Positions 12,616 through 25,850 are shown, counted from the first letter of the stretch. The stretch is 64,000 nt of DNA from Octopus vulgaris (GCA_951406725.2 OX597817.1:144460001-144524000); one strand, 5' to 3'. Notes: generated by a model not told the origin, from the letters alone. Numbers and translations: made by a program.

Positions 12616-13105
12616 GGCCGAGTGAATTATCAGTTTGTTGCTTTCCAACCAAATGGTTTTGGGTTCAGCCCCACTTTGTGGCACCTTGGAAAACTGTCTT
12701 CTACTACAGCTCCAAGTCGACCAAAGCCTTGTGAAGGGGTAGGTGGATGGAAACTGAAAGAAGCCTTTTGTATACTCATATCATTTGAATTATCATCATC
12801 ATCATTTAACGTCCGCTTTCCATACTAGCATGGGTTGGACGATTTGACTGAAGACTGATGAGCCAGATGGCTGCCCCAGGAACCAATCTTGATCTAGCAG
12901 AGTTTCTACAGCTGGATGCCCTTCCTAATGCCAACCACTCTGAGAGTGTAGTGGGTGCTTATACGTACCACCGGCATGAGGGCCAGTCTGGTGGTTGTGG
13001 GAACAGCCAGGCTCAAATGGTGTTTTTTACATGCCACCTGCACAGGAGCCAGTCTAGCGGAACTTGCAACAGCCTCGCTTGAATCTTCTTTTTTCATGTG
13101 CCACA
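12616..13105. mobile_element. SINE A head (+, to ~12772) followed by RTE 3' end family D (-)
   Basis: GGGTTCAGCCCCACT head; CATCATTTAACGTCCGCTTTCCAT...CTACAGCTGGATGCCCTTCC. Confidence 0.75.
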
Positions 13106-13168
13106 TCATTTAAAATTACTCTTCAAGCACCATTCAAGTGTTGGGCCTCATGGAGGCAGTGACAAGTG

Positions 13169-13492
13169 ACAAAACATGACTAAACCAGCTTCCAAAAGAC
13201 TGACCTTTCCCTTCAGGGCCAGAAGAATTCTTCAGCTTTGACTGGTTCCAATTCTCTACATAGTTCATGGGATACTTACTGCTCCCACATCTGCGACTAC
13301 TACTACTACTACTACTTACCACTACTACTACTACTTACTACTACTACTACTTACTAATACTACTACTACTACTTACTAATACTACTACTTACTAATACTA
13401 CTGCTTACTAATACTACTGCTTACTAATACTACTGCTTACTACTACTACTACTACTACTTACTACCACCATCACCACCACCACCACCATCAT
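13169..13492 (+). repeat. Local duplication, copy 1 (copy 2 at 16556-16859)
   Basis: About 125 bp of near-identical non-repetitive sequence plus the same (CTA)n/(CAC)n array. Confidence 0.9.
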
Positions 13493-13510
13493 GATATACT
13501 GTGCTGGTGT

Positions 13511-13945
13511 TGACCTGTCAAGCCAAGTGGGACCATAGTCGGGAATAATACCAGTGTCAGATCAATGGCACCCGTGTCGGTGGCATGTAAAAAGCACCCA
13601 CTACATTCTCAGACTGGTTGGCATTAAGAAGGGCATCCAGCTGTAGAAGCACTGCCAGATCAGATTGGAACCTGCTGCAGCCTCCTGGCTTGCCAGTTTT
13701 CAGTCAAACTGTCCAATCCATGCCAGTATGGAAAGCAGATGTTAAACAACGATGATGATGATCATGATGATTTAACATCCATGTTCCATGCTGGAATGGT
13801 TTGAATGGTTTGACAGGATCCAACAAGCCAGTGGGCTTCAATGAACTCCAGTGCCCAATTTGGCAAAATTTCTATGGCTTGGACTCCCTTCCTAACATCA
13901 ACCACTTTGCAAAGTGTACTGGGTGTTGTTTTTTATGACACCAGT
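13511..13945. mobile_element. Tail-to-tail pair of RTE 3' ends (family D)
   Basis: + copy 13511-13770 begins with the RTE ORF end GACCTGTCAAGCCAAG; - copy starts in the shared GAT/CAT tract. Confidence 0.7.
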
Positions 13946-15504
13946 ACTAGTGAATGGGGTTGCAGCTGAGAGGGAGGTGGTTTTATGCCAGGGGTTGAGC
14001 TGGACAGGCACAGGAGTCTTGCAACTGAGGAGATACATGGCTACCCTGCATCAAACAAGGCTGGGTGGAAGTGGCTGGAAATACATCAATGAGGGTTGTG
14101 ACAAAATATTAGAGGGTACTTTCAAGATACAAGAAGGAGGGTTTAGAAGAGAATATAGACCAAGAATCAGGAAGGGTGGGTAGAAAAGTTCATTAGAGTA
14201 TGAGAGAAGAGTGACAGATAGGTTTGAGGTGAATGTAGTGAATGATGAACACGGGTGGAAGTGTGGTCGGTGTTAAGGTTCAGTATAGGGAGGAGAGTGA
14301 AAAATTGGAGTGACCTAGAAAAGAGGGGCTGAGAGATGGCTGCACAAGAAAGGAGGAAAGCAGCAGTACAATGTACACTATATTTGTTGCTATACTTATT
14401 GTTAACTCTGTACATATCTTGTCCAGCTCTCGCAAGCCATCATCTATTCCTAGCTTCCTCAGATCACAGAACAAGGGACTGTGTTGAAGGCTTTCTCCAG
14501 ATTGACAAATACCCAATATAATGGCTTTCTTTTAACTAAATACTTCTATTGTTGTCTTAGACAAAAGCCATCAGTAGTCATCTAATCTGATCTGTTCTCT
14601 CATTAATTAGTCTATAACTCTTTCTTTAACTTTCATGACATAGTCCAGTAATTTAATATGAATCTAATTATTTTTATCTAAGGCATGTCTTTCACCCTTG
14701 TAACAATTAGCTATAATGCTGCTATACCAGTCAGTGGATTTAACAACTTCCTGTACAACCTGATTATATATATAATATTTTACTTTTGTTGAGTCAGTCT
14801 CTTGCTGCTCTGAGTTTCACCTGATCATCAAGAAAGTTGTGATTGGAAATTATGGAACCAGAAAAGTAATATGAATTAACCCACCCTACAGCATCAATGT
14901 ATCCCAATATCATCTGATGATTTTTCTCTCTTATAAGAAAGCACTTCCCCAGTAAAAACAGATACCATAAATATTCAAAGAAATTCGGAGTGGAGCCCCG
15001 TAGGCGGTTTAGTGTTCAACTTGACACTCTTCTGGCAGCTCATGCAACCAAGCTGGTGCCAAACATAATGCTCTGCACTCCTTTGGATTACGTCAGCAAG
15101 GTCGAGAGAGAGGAATCCTGATGATTGGGATACCCAGGATTTTCTTACATCTAGCCCAGGCCTGCGCAAAACTGGAGAAGAAACTAGAGAGGACATGAAA
15201 TGTAAAAACCAGACTGGATTAGTTTATGCACAACTCCATTGTCTTCCAAGACAAAGGGATGCTAACAACAAAATAACCATGACTGGCTTTAGGACCTAAT
15301 CCTTTCAACAGCATTACTACATCTGCCATCAATCCCCCTTTATTTACACTAATCAGTCAGCCACCTCTATCATTACTTATGTCTAATACCTTTATTATCA
15401 TGGCTATCATCAAATATTGTACCCTTATATAATTTCACCCTTTTCATTTGTCCCACTCATCTTCCTCGCATTTTTTTGCCTCTAACTTAATTTACTTACT
15501 CTTG

Positions 15505-15751
15505 TACTGGTGCCATGTAAAAGGCGCCCATGCTGGTGCCACATGTAAAGTACCGGTGTTGGTTCCACGTAAAAAGCACCCAGTGCACTCTGTAGAGTGA
15601 TTGGCATTAGGAAAAGCATCCAGCTGTAGAAACCATCCCAAAACAGACAACTGGAGCCTGGGGCAGTTCTGTGGCTTTTCAGCTGCTGTCAACCCATCCA
15701 ACCATGCCAGCATGGAAAACAGATGTTAAATGATAATGATGATGATGATGA
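15505..15751 (+). mobile_element. RTE 3' end (family D)
   Basis: GTAAAAAGCACCC...CATCCAGCTGTAGAAA...GTTAAA(TGA)n. Confidence 0.8.
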
Positions 15752-16555
15752 TTTTACCAAAATTCCCTTCCATATTTAGGTATTTTGGCATCATAGTCTT
15801 TCATTCCCTTTTGTTCTGCTGCTTATTTTTCCTGTTTTTCCCATTAATTTTCCATTTTTCTTCATAATCATTAGTTTTATACACTCTTTCAGTATCTTTC
15901 AATCCTCATGTACCTCATTATCTTCTCATTATCTTTTTAAAATAATATTTTTTCTAATTAACTTTTTTCCAACTTTTTCTTTATAATGTTCCTTATGTTA
16001 ATATTATCTCCACCAATATTCTTTTTTTTTTTTGCTACCGTTTTTTCCCCACATTTTAAAAAAATTTGCCTTCATTCTTATTTTATTCCATTTATGACCA
16101 TCACTTAGAATTTTGAGATATTGACCATGCATCCTGAGGAAGAGAATAACAGTAATGATGATGATGGTGATGGTGATGATAATAATGATGTTATTGTTGC
16201 TGTTGCTGCTGCCGCTGTTACAGCAGCAACTAGTGATGCTGCTGCTAATGCTGCCTCTGCTGCTGATGATGATGGTGGTGATGGCAGTGACAGGAACGAC
16301 AATGATGATGATGGAGATGATGATGATTATGATGATGATGATGGAGATGGCGACAACAATAATGGTGATGCAGGCATTAACCACGTAGAACTTTTACTCT
16401 TTTGTCTTCTTAAATGGTATCATGCAACCATTGCAGGTATGCCCTTACCTCTAAACCTTATGCTCCTTAAAAGGGGTCAATATCCAATCCAAGCCCCTAA
16501 TATGCTTAGCAGGCATTACTATCATTAAATATTTTTGCATGGTTGGTTCACATTC

Positions 16556-16786
16556 ACAAAACATGACAAAACCAGCTTCCAAAAGACTGACCTTTCCCTT
16601 CAGGGCCAGAAGAATTCTTCAGCTTTGACTGGTTCCAATTCTCTACATAGTTCATGGGATACTTACTGCTCCCACATCTGCGACTACTACTACTACTACT
16701 ACTTACCACTACTACTACTACTTACTAATACTACTACTTACTAATACTACTGCTTACTAATACTACTGCTAACTAATACTACTGCT

Positions 16787-16827
<41 letters not shown>

Positions 16828-16859
16828 ACTACCACCATCACCACCACCACCACCATCAT
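16556..16859 (+). repeat. Local duplication, copy 2
   Basis: Matches 13169-13492. Confidence 0.9.
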
Positions 16860-16874
16860 CCCTGCCATCCTTGT

Positions 16875-17107
16875 TTAAACCCCTTTGTTACCATATTTCT
16901 GTGGAAAGACACTGCCCTTGTTTCAATTGCCTTTGAAAATAATGAAGAATTTACCAAAATAACTTTGTCATTGGTGAGCAGGTGTTTAGAACATAAATTA
17001 ACAGGAAATTTAAATGGAAGAAGTTTAAAATTTATGTCACTTTAAAGCAAAACATTTCTATCATAGAAACAGGGCAGTTCCATGAGGATTGGTACCAAAA
17101 GGGTTAA
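16875..17107. mobile_element. piggyBac-like MITE
   Basis: TTAA..CCCTTTGTTACCA ... TGGTACCAAAAGGG-TTAA; second copy 48068-48541. Confidence 0.7.
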
Positions 17108-17139
17108 GGCAATTTTAATTCTCATTTTGTTTGTAATAA

Positions 17140-17307
17140 AATTTTCATCTGTCTTTATGTTCTGTATTCAAATTCTGCTGAGATCAACTTTGCCTTTCAT
17201 CCTTTCGGGGTCGATGAATTAAGTATGAGTTGTGTAATGGGGTCAATCTAATCGACTGGCCCCCTCCCCAAAAACTTTGTGCCTTGTGCCCAGAGTAGAA
17301 AAGAATA
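17140..17307 (+). mobile_element. SINE family E (5'-truncated)
   Basis: TTCAAATTC...CTTTGCCTTTCATCCTTTCGGGGTCGAT central domain; more than 8 copies in the window. Confidence 0.75.
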
Positions 17308-17857
17308 AAACTTTGAAAATATTGATGGCATTTCACAATGTTTTTTGAATCTGTAATGAGTCAAGGAAGTGCTAGTTTCTTGTTGCAGATTAGCACAGTT
17401 GTGCTTTGGTAGCTGCTGCCAATTGGGGCTGGTCACATAGCTATAAATACAGCATCATCCATCCAGAAAAAGATTCTGTTCCAGTCAGTCAGCCAGCAGT
17501 TAGCAGAAGACTTCAACAAGAGTACATTACTTCGCCATGAACAGCTGTGTTATTTCGCTGATTTAACATCGTAAACTTTGGGAGTACATTAAGCTCATAT
17601 AGTAAATCCCTTTATTCTCTATGGACGGAACCTGCCTGTTCAAATTTCTTCCTACCTTTATCGCAGTGTGCTTCTACCCATTTGTGTAATAGTAAGTCCA
17701 ATGGCCTTCCTTCACTCCTGCACACAACAATTTTCCACTCTCGTTGCAACCCAAATAAATTATGATGTTTGTTCTAATACAGCCTTCTAATGTATTTTCT
17801 CAATGCCTCACAGATGCAACTGTTCCAATGACTTTCCGAATTGTGTATTATTTGGTC

Positions 17858-18290
17858 TTCTCTTCTTCTCTTAGGCCCCTTGATTCCTCATGGATCATAG
17901 GGCTGCAACAACATTTTTCCAACAGACACGGTTCTGGGGGATCCTCTTCAGCTCAGTCCACGTCATTCCGGCTCCCCTCACCTCTTGAAGGCTCTCACCT
18001 GCTCGTGTCATGTACTCTACCGAAGAGGACTCTTCCTTGACCACATCATTTGGGAGTGCCATTGCAGTTTCTGTAACAGATATGTTTTTTTTAACTAGAC
18101 CAAGTTGTTAGCCCAATGCTAAACCCCCAACCTGGAAAACCAGTTGAGTACTCTTCATCTGGTCTCAACCTTCGACCTGTCTGGCTTGGGTGCCCCTACC
18201 AGGAGACAAATCTCTCACCAGCATAGCTCTCATAGTCATGTAGACACACAAGCCCCACAACCAACGACAAGCAGGTAGTCATCTGCAAAG
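17858..18290 (-). mobile_element. Internally deleted RTE derivative (5' UTR joined to ORF C-terminus and tail)
   Basis: RTE-type leader CTTGTCGTTGG..GGGGCTTG..GAGAGCTATG..CCAGGTTGGGGG..GGGCTAACAAC, then GMTWTELKRIPQNRVCWKNVVAAL and an AAGAG tail. Confidence 0.6.
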
Positions 18291-18394
18291 GTATTCATTT
18301 GGTAACATGCTAAAATTGGTAATGCTTTACTCAAATTACATTCTTACATAGTTACATTTGAGCACAGAAACAACCCTACTACGATTCTTATTCA

Positions 18395-18652
18395 AAGGTA
18401 AAGGTGAAGTTCCCTTCTTGAGCCATGTAGACTCATAAGGGCCAGTTTCCCAGTTTCATGGCATATGTATTCCCCACCTGGATGGGTCACCGGTCGATTG
18501 CAAGATTACTCATTTTTGCCAGATGGGTGGACTGGAACAATGTGAAATGAAGTGTCTTGCTCAAGTACACAACACATTGCCTGGTCCAGGAATCGAAACC
18601 ACAATCTTACAATCATGAGTCCAACACCCTAACCACTAAGCCGCATGCCTCC
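18395..18652 (-). mobile_element. SINE family C, tail type 3
   Basis: C head and core; tail GAAACTGGCCCTTATGAGTC shared with 38979-39190. Confidence 0.8.
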
Positions 18653-19235
18653 ACTAGAGCCTTATTTAGTGTGTCACAAATTGGAAAAGGCTGAAAATTG
18701 TTCCCTTAGAGTTAGTTCCTGATTAATAATGCTTGTAAATGTAGTATGAATGCTTCCAGTTCTATAAAAAAATTATAGACAGAGAAGAAGTTCCAGATGA
18801 CCGATGCTCTGGAGAGGTGGCCATGGTGACCAGAGTTGGGTAGGATGAATAGAGAGAGACAGTTGTGAGTTGAATGGTCTTGGGGTGAAGCTCGGAGGGA
18901 AAAGAATTGTATATTAGTTAGATTAAAGTTATAATGTACACTGTCGCTTTGACCTACACCAGCACTATCGAATTCAATAATACCACCACCACCAACAACA
19001 ACAACAACAACAGCAAAGCACAATCACCCCTACAGCACAACTACTACGATAGTGAATACTAATAACAGCTATAAGTATACCTACATTTATATCACTACAA
19101 ACTACTACTCCTGCTGCTGCTGCTACTGCTGCTGCTGCTACAATATAAACACAACCACACCGCCAAGCACAATATCAGAAACACAAACACCAGCAGCATT
19201 GCTATCAAGAACAATCTTATCACCAACATCAATGA

Positions 19236-19280
<45 letters not shown>

Positions 19281-19479
19281 CACTACCGCCACCACCACCA
19301 CCATTATTATCATAATCACTATCATCCTCACCACCACCACCGCTGCCACCACCACCACCGCTGCCACCACCACCACCACAATGCAACAACAAGAAAAACA
19401 AAAACCAGTTCATATATATACATACATAATTTCCTTTCATTTTACACTCTAGCTGTTTCCTCTGACATACATACATATA

Positions 19480-19506
19480 TGCATACATATGTATTTATGT
19501 GTATAA

Positions 19507-19538
<32 letters not shown>

Positions 19539-19695
19539 GTAAATATATATATATATGTATATATATATATATGTATATATATGTGTATATGTATATATAT
19601 ATGTGTGTATATATATATATATGTATATATATGTATATATATGCATATATATATATGTATATATATGTGTATATGTATATATATATGTGTATATA

Positions 19696-19748
<53 letters not shown>

Positions 19749-19950
19749 CACACGTATATATATATTGTATATTCTCTTCTGTTTTTAATTATTTAGATTC
19801 TTCCTCTGCAGAAAGAGGAACTTGTTTCTTTCAAAGATGCAAAGCTCTGTCATGTGTGTATGTGTGTATGTATGTATGTATGTATGTATGTATGTATGTA
19901 TGTATGTATGTATGTATGTATGTATGCATGCATGCATGTATGTATGTTTT
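19480..19950. repeat. (TA)n and (TATG)n microsatellites
   Basis: Directly visible. Confidence 0.95.
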
Positions 19951-20435
19951 TCAGTAAGGGTGGGACCTTTTTTTCAGTTGCCCAATTATATTTATATTTC
20001 ATTATTTTTCCCCAAAACTCTTTCTTTTTTACAGGCCCATTAAACATTGATTTGAGGCAGAAATAATCATTTTAATTTTGCTTTCTTCAAAGAAACTTTT
20101 ACCATTCATATTAAAACAGAATTTTTTATTTACTGATTTCTGCACAGATTTTATTCCAAAAACCATGTGCTGTATTATCTTCTATCAATTCTCTCCTCTT
20201 AACTTTTAACTTTGGAAGATATTCTCTTTAAATAGGACCCTTTAGACATATGTTAGTTCTTAAAATACAAGTTATCAGCTTAATATCTATAAGTGCATAA
20301 GAACCACAAGAGGATACAAAAGTTGAACAACCCGATCTTCAAAGTTATCTAACAGTGGAGATTATCTCTCCTTGGATAAATATTCTTCTATTATTGTGTA
20401 CAAAACTTTGGCAGTATTAAGCTAAAATTGCTAAT

Positions 20436-20705
20436 TATGTATCATACTTAATGTATATACATCATTCATAGGCCAATTACTACAGAACTTATACTGAGAT
20501 AACATCTCTTATGGATGTCATGTGTCATTGAAAAGGCCCCTAAAGGCTGACATACATCTAGCATTTTCACTGGTTACTGCTAGGATGAGTTCCTCTGATA
20601 TTTATTGTGTTTTTAACACAGCATGTCCATAGGAGATGTTATCTCAAGTCAAATACTGCAGTAACAGGGGCTATCAACTGTGTATATATATTAAGTGTGA
20701 TACGT
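20436..20705. mobile_element. MITE-like element with ~80-bp imperfect terminal inverted repeats
   Basis: ATGTATCATACTTAA...CATCTCTTATGGA versus TCCATAGGAGATG...TTAAGTGTGATACGT; a further arm near 21395-21470. Confidence 0.55.
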
Positions 20706-20711
20706 ATCTTT

Positions 20712-21130
20712 TATTTTTTACTTGCTTTAATCACTAGACTGTGGCCATGCTGGGGCATTGTCCTGAAGAATTTTTAGCTGAATGAATCAACCCCACTACT
20801 GATCTTTTAAAAATATCTATTCTGTTGGTCCCTTTTGCAGAACCACTAAGTTACAGGGACATAAACACACCAACACCAGTTGTCACGTGGCGACAGGGGA
20901 CAAATACAGACACTAAGACACACACACATACATCCACACACATTAAATGATGATGATGATGATAATGATGTTGATGATGATGATGAGCTTCTCTCAGTTT
21001 CCATCTACTAAATCCACTTACAAGGCTTTGGTTAGCCAAAGGCTATAGCAGAATCCAAGGTGCCGTGCTATAGGACTGAACACAGAACCATGTGGTTGAT
21101 AAGCGAGCTTCTTACCACACAGCCATGGCT
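20712..21130 (-). mobile_element. SINE family A
   Basis: Colinear with 3070-3485; central microsatellite includes (GAT)n. Confidence 0.8.
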
Positions 21131-22633
21131 GTGTCATGGAAGACTATTTTAATTAATTGCTGCCTCAATTGCAGAGTTTTAAACCAGAGTTTTATTCAGC
21201 TGGGCAGTTATTTGCTACATCAGTGAATGTTTTATTTAGTTTTTCCAACGTCAGAGATGATGATTTCTCCTCCAAACATGTGGCTGGCTGTGAGCATGTT
21301 CCACTGAAAAAGCCTAAAGAAACTGAAATATGTCTGGTTTTCTCTCTGGTGGCTGCTGGAATTGAATTTTCCTCTTTCTCTAATAGAGAAGTTTGTAAGG
21401 ACGTTATCTCAGGGGACAAATGCTGTAGTAACTGTCCTATCGACAGTGTATATACTTTAAGTATGATACACAGATGACTATTGTAATTTATATTTACTAT
21501 CACTTATGATATAGACATGACTGTGTAGTTAAGATGCTTACTTGGAAGTCACATTGCTTTGTGTTTCATTTCACGACTTCATAACATGTTGGGCAAGTGT
21601 CTTCTGCTATGTCCCTAAGACAGCCAAAACCTTGTGAGTGGATTTGGTAGACACAAACTGTGTATAAGCCCATTGTGTATCATCATCAGCAGCAGCAGCA
21701 GCAGCATGGACAATGGACGTTAAATGATGAAGATGATGATGATGATGATGATGAATAATGGTATTAGTTCATACATATACGCTTACGTTTTGAATTCTCT
21801 GCGTGAGTTTGTGGAGGAGGAGGAGGAGGAGGTGGAGGAGGAGGGGTGGATGGATAGGTGGTGGGTGGATAGATAGGTGGTGGGTGGGTCAGGTCGGTCG
21901 GTCGGTTGGTTTAATGGCTGGATGAATTGTAGATATAAATATGATGGAAAACAGAGAGTAACAAATAAAAACAATTTCCTGTCTTGGATTATATTTAGAA
22001 TTTAAAGTACAAATGTTGTAGACATGAATCTGGTAGATGTCTATGTTGGCTTCTGGTTCTCCGTGTGTGTGTGTGTGTGTGTATGTAGATGTGTGTGTGT
22101 GTATGTAGGTGTGTGTGTGTGTATGTAGGTGTGTGTGTAGAGTGTCTGTGTGGGTGTTTATGTGTGTGTGTGCATGTGTGTGTGTGAAGAGGTATTTGCA
22201 TAATTCATGTTAGTATTGTAAAACAAATATATGTATACATACACACACATATGTATGCATGTATATATGTGTATATATATATATATGTGAGTGTGTGTGT
22301 GTATATACATACATATTTATATACATATATATATATATATACATACACACACACATATACATAGAAATACACACACGCACACACACTCACATTAATAATG
22401 ATTATATGAATCTATATATCTGTGTATATACATATATAAATATATGTTTGTATACGTATTGCATATATTATCATTGTTAAAACAATGATATCCATGTATA
22501 TGTATATACATACATGTGTGTGTATGTGTGTGTTTATACACATACATGCATATATATATACATACACACACACACACACATACACATATATATACATGTA
22601 TCTATCAATCTATATACATATATAGATACACAT

Positions 22634-22668
<35 letters not shown>

Positions 22669-23445
22669 CATGTACATACATACATATACACACACTTATA
22701 TATACATATATACCCACCCACACATACACACATACACAAACAGTGTAGAAGGAATCTAATTCTTAATCCAAGAAAACAGAATCTTGCTGAGGTGACAGAA
22801 TTGGTCAATGTTCTTAATCCGATTAGCTCTCATATTCATGAAATGCCTAACACCTTATCAATATTTCAAAAACCAAAAAAAAAAAAAAAAACAGAAAAAG
22901 AAAAAAAAAAACAAAACAAGGTTACATTGTTTGTTAGTACAAATTCACAGAAAAATAACAAACTCTTTCCTCTCCCCACAACTTTACCAAATTCCACAGC
23001 TTGTAAAATATAAATAATTGTAAGAAAAACATCGGCTGCAAACAATATATTGTGATAAAGAATCGGTGACGCAGGTCGAAAGTGATGGATCAGGCATTTA
23101 ATCAATAAACATTTATAAATCTCTGTGATTGATTTTCCGCCCCGTGATCAAGTATTGAACAATGAAATGTATGGTTATTTTAGCAAATTCATTATTCACC
23201 AAAGCAAGAAAGAATTCTTTAACCAAAGAATTAATTAGAAGACTTTGGCATCATAAAACTATGGCTTTTTAATCTGTGACTGTTAACATATGTTCTGTTA
23301 TTCATCTGCAGTTAGATTTTGGGTGGATTTATGCAAAATATTATTTAATTTTTTATTATTGGGTTTTTTCTAATATTTGTTTATTTGTTATTTTTTAACA
23401 TGTGTTTTTTTTATCTTTTTTTTTTGTTTTCCTTCGTTTTCAGCT

Positions 23446-23649
23446 TATTCTTTTATTTGTTTCAGTCATTTGACTGCAGCCATGCTGGAGCACTGCCTTT
23501 AGTCGAACAAATCGACCCCAGGACTTATTCTTTGTAAGCCTAGTACTTATTCTGTCGATGTCTTTTGCCGAACCGCTAAGTTACGGAGACGTAAACACAC
23601 CAACACCGGTTGTGAAGCGATGGTGAAGGGACAAACACAGACACTCAAA

Positions 23650-23725
<76 letters not shown>

Positions 23726-23885
23726 CGACGGGCTTCTTTCAGTTTCGATCTACCAAATCTACTCACAAGGCTTTGGTTGGCCCAAGACTATAGTAAAAGA
23801 CACTTGTCCAAGGTGCCACGCAGTGTGACTGAACCCAGAACCATGTGGTTGGGAAGCAAGCTTCTTACTACACACCCACTCCTGC
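23446..23885 (-). mobile_element. SINE family A, full length
   Basis: Colinear with 3070-3485. Confidence 0.9.
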
Positions 23886-23962
23886 TTCTTTATTAAGTAA
23901 TTGCTTGTTTATATTTTCCTTTGTCATTCCTTTGAGTTCAAAAAATGTTATTATTTTTGTTA

Positions 23963-24117
23963 TAGGCACAGGAGCAGGTGTGTGGTAAGAAGCTTGCTTT
24001 CCAACCACATGGTTCTGGGTTCAATCCTACTGCATGGTACCTTGGCCAAATTTCTTATGAGTAGATTTGGTAGATAGAGACTGAAAGAAGCCTGTCATAT
24101 TAATAAATATATATATA

Positions 24118-24171
<54 letters not shown>

Positions 24172-24341
24172 TGTATTTTTGTGTCTGTGTTTGTCCCCAC
24201 CACCATCACTTGACAACCAATGTTGGTGTGTTTACGTCCCTGTAACATAGCGGTTCAGCAAAAGAGACTGATAAAATAAGTACTAGGCTTACAAAGAATA
24301 AGTCCATGGCTACAGTCAAATGACTGAAACAAGTAAAAGAT
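23963..24341 (+). mobile_element. SINE family A, head-to-head with the preceding copy
   Basis: AGGCACAGGAG..GTGTGGTAAG head through the GACTGAAACAAGTAAAAG tail. Confidence 0.85.
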
Positions 24342-24369
24342 AAAAAAATCATTATTATTTTTAGTGTTT

Positions 24370-24803
24370 TTACCACTAGAATTAGTGGTGGGAAACATCC
24401 TAGCCATGTATTGAGAGGAATTCTTTGGGGTTTGAATAATTCACCTCTGGAAACATGGATGTTCATCATTCTCAAAACAAACCTTATTCAGGGATCTTTT
24501 GAGTTTCATGGGTTACTCGACCTGAAGAAAATCCTAACTGGGCCCCACCTGCAAGGTCATGTGCTGCTTATCTTGATATGAGATCACCATGTCACACACA
24601 TATAGTTGTGATGCATGTGCCTGGTGTACCCTTATCAGATGGGTAGTCATGATGGTTATACTTGGATTCGCATATTTGTGCCCCAGTGTCACTTTGATGG
24701 CATGCATTGTTCTCTCACACAATAATAATAATAATAATAATAGTAATAATAATAATAGTAATAATAAATAATAGTAATAATAATAATAATAGTAGTAGTA
24801 GTA

Positions 24804-24848
<45 letters not shown>
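24370..24848 (+). mobile_element. Possible retroelement 3' end with long (AAT)n tail
   Basis: Complex sequence ending abruptly in ~125 bp of (AAT/AGT)n; no second copy in the window. Confidence 0.35.
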
Positions 24849-24849
<1 letters not shown>

Positions 24850-25198
24850 GAGCATTCAGAGAGCACAAACCGCCAACATCCTCTCAATGATAAGCTGGAG
24901 ATGATTTTTAAAATGAGAATATCTGAAATAAATCTGATTGCTCTCACAAATGAGAATACTAAAAATGAACCTGACTACTCTCAAAAATTAAGTAAAAAAG
25001 ACAGGAAAAATAATCCAGAATCCTTGTCCGGTACCAGATCTATCCCAAAATCTAATCAGTTTGTGCCAGTCACAAGGCCAAACATCCCTGAAAATTTCAT
25101 TTGAATCCATCCAGTAGTTCTCGAGATATCTTGTCCGCGGACAAACAAACAAACATGACTGATAACAATACCTCCGCCTTCGGTAAGGTGGAGGTAAT
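24845..25198 (+). mobile_element. Helentron/DINE-like non-autonomous element
   Basis: Starts AATAAGAGCA; (ACAA)n near the 3' end; terminal stem-loop TACCTCCGCCTT-CGGT-AAGGTGGAGGTA at 25169-25196. Confidence 0.55.
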
Positions 25199-25216
25199 AA
25201 TAATTATATTAATAGA

Positions 25217-25421
25217 GCAGCAAGTTGGCAGTATCAATGGCATGCTGGGCAAAAATGCTTAGTGTTATTTCTTCCCGCTTTGCGTTCGAGTTCAGATGCC
25301 ATTGAAATTGTCTTTGACATTCATCCTTTCGGGATCAATGAAACAGCTGAGCAACATAACCATCTTTCCCACCGCTCACCCCACCAAAAATTTCAGGTTT
25401 TGTGCCTATGATAGAAAAGAT
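25217..25421 (+). mobile_element. SINE family E
   Basis: Degenerate homolog of 25851-26066. Confidence 0.65.
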
Positions 25422-25458
25422 TACTAAGGCAGCAAGCTGGAGCAATGTGAAATAAAGT

Positions 25459-25617
25459 GACGTTTACCGCCCCATGGACAATAACGCACCCCCCCCCCCA
25501 CAAGGACAACAGATGATTTAAAACTTCTTAATATGTTGGAGGGGGGGGGGTAATTGTTCCGGAGGGGTTAGCTGTCATCAGGGAGAATTGTCCTATGGGG
25601 CGTAATTCTCCTGATAC
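25459..25617. mobile_element. Mutator-like MITE inserted in a SINE C (25432-25720, -)
   Basis: 9-bp duplication AAATAAAGT at 25450-25458 and 25618-25626; GGACAA/TTGTCC and poly-C/poly-G inverted motifs. Confidence 0.6.
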
Positions 25618-25850
25618 AAATAAAGTATCTTGTTCAAAAATACATCACACCACTGGGGATTGAACTAACAACCTCACGGTCATGATCCAAATACGCTAAC
25701 TACTTAGCCAAATACCATCACATTTCCTTTCCTAGTCTTTACAGTTGCAAAACGCATGCACAAGCATGGAGTATGGTCGAAGCATGGAGGTGGTCATGAG
25801 TAGGAGGACCAACAGGTTATCTATGTCTATATCAATATCCTTTGTCTTAA

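Noticed and set aside
13270-13295. Minus-strand micro-exon (CAG|ATGTGGGAGCA|GTAAGT) in the duplicated block
   Set aside because: No polypyrimidine tract (upstream is GTA repeats); unsupported without RNA data.
14985-15272. Possible further RTE-derived short elements (also 32650-32930)
   Set aside because: Only a vague resemblance to RTE leaders, a single copy each and no coding remnant; cannot be supported from this window.
17440-17500. TATA box with downstream TCAGTC initiator-like motif; also LTR-like 60169-60350
   Set aside because: Spacing is imperfect and such motifs are common in AT-rich DNA; no paired LTR, PBS or downstream ORF.
21157-21503. Overlapping ~105-aa ORFs on both strands
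   Set aside because: No recognisable domain, non-ATG starts, and the region overlaps an arm of the 20436-20705 MITE-like repeat.
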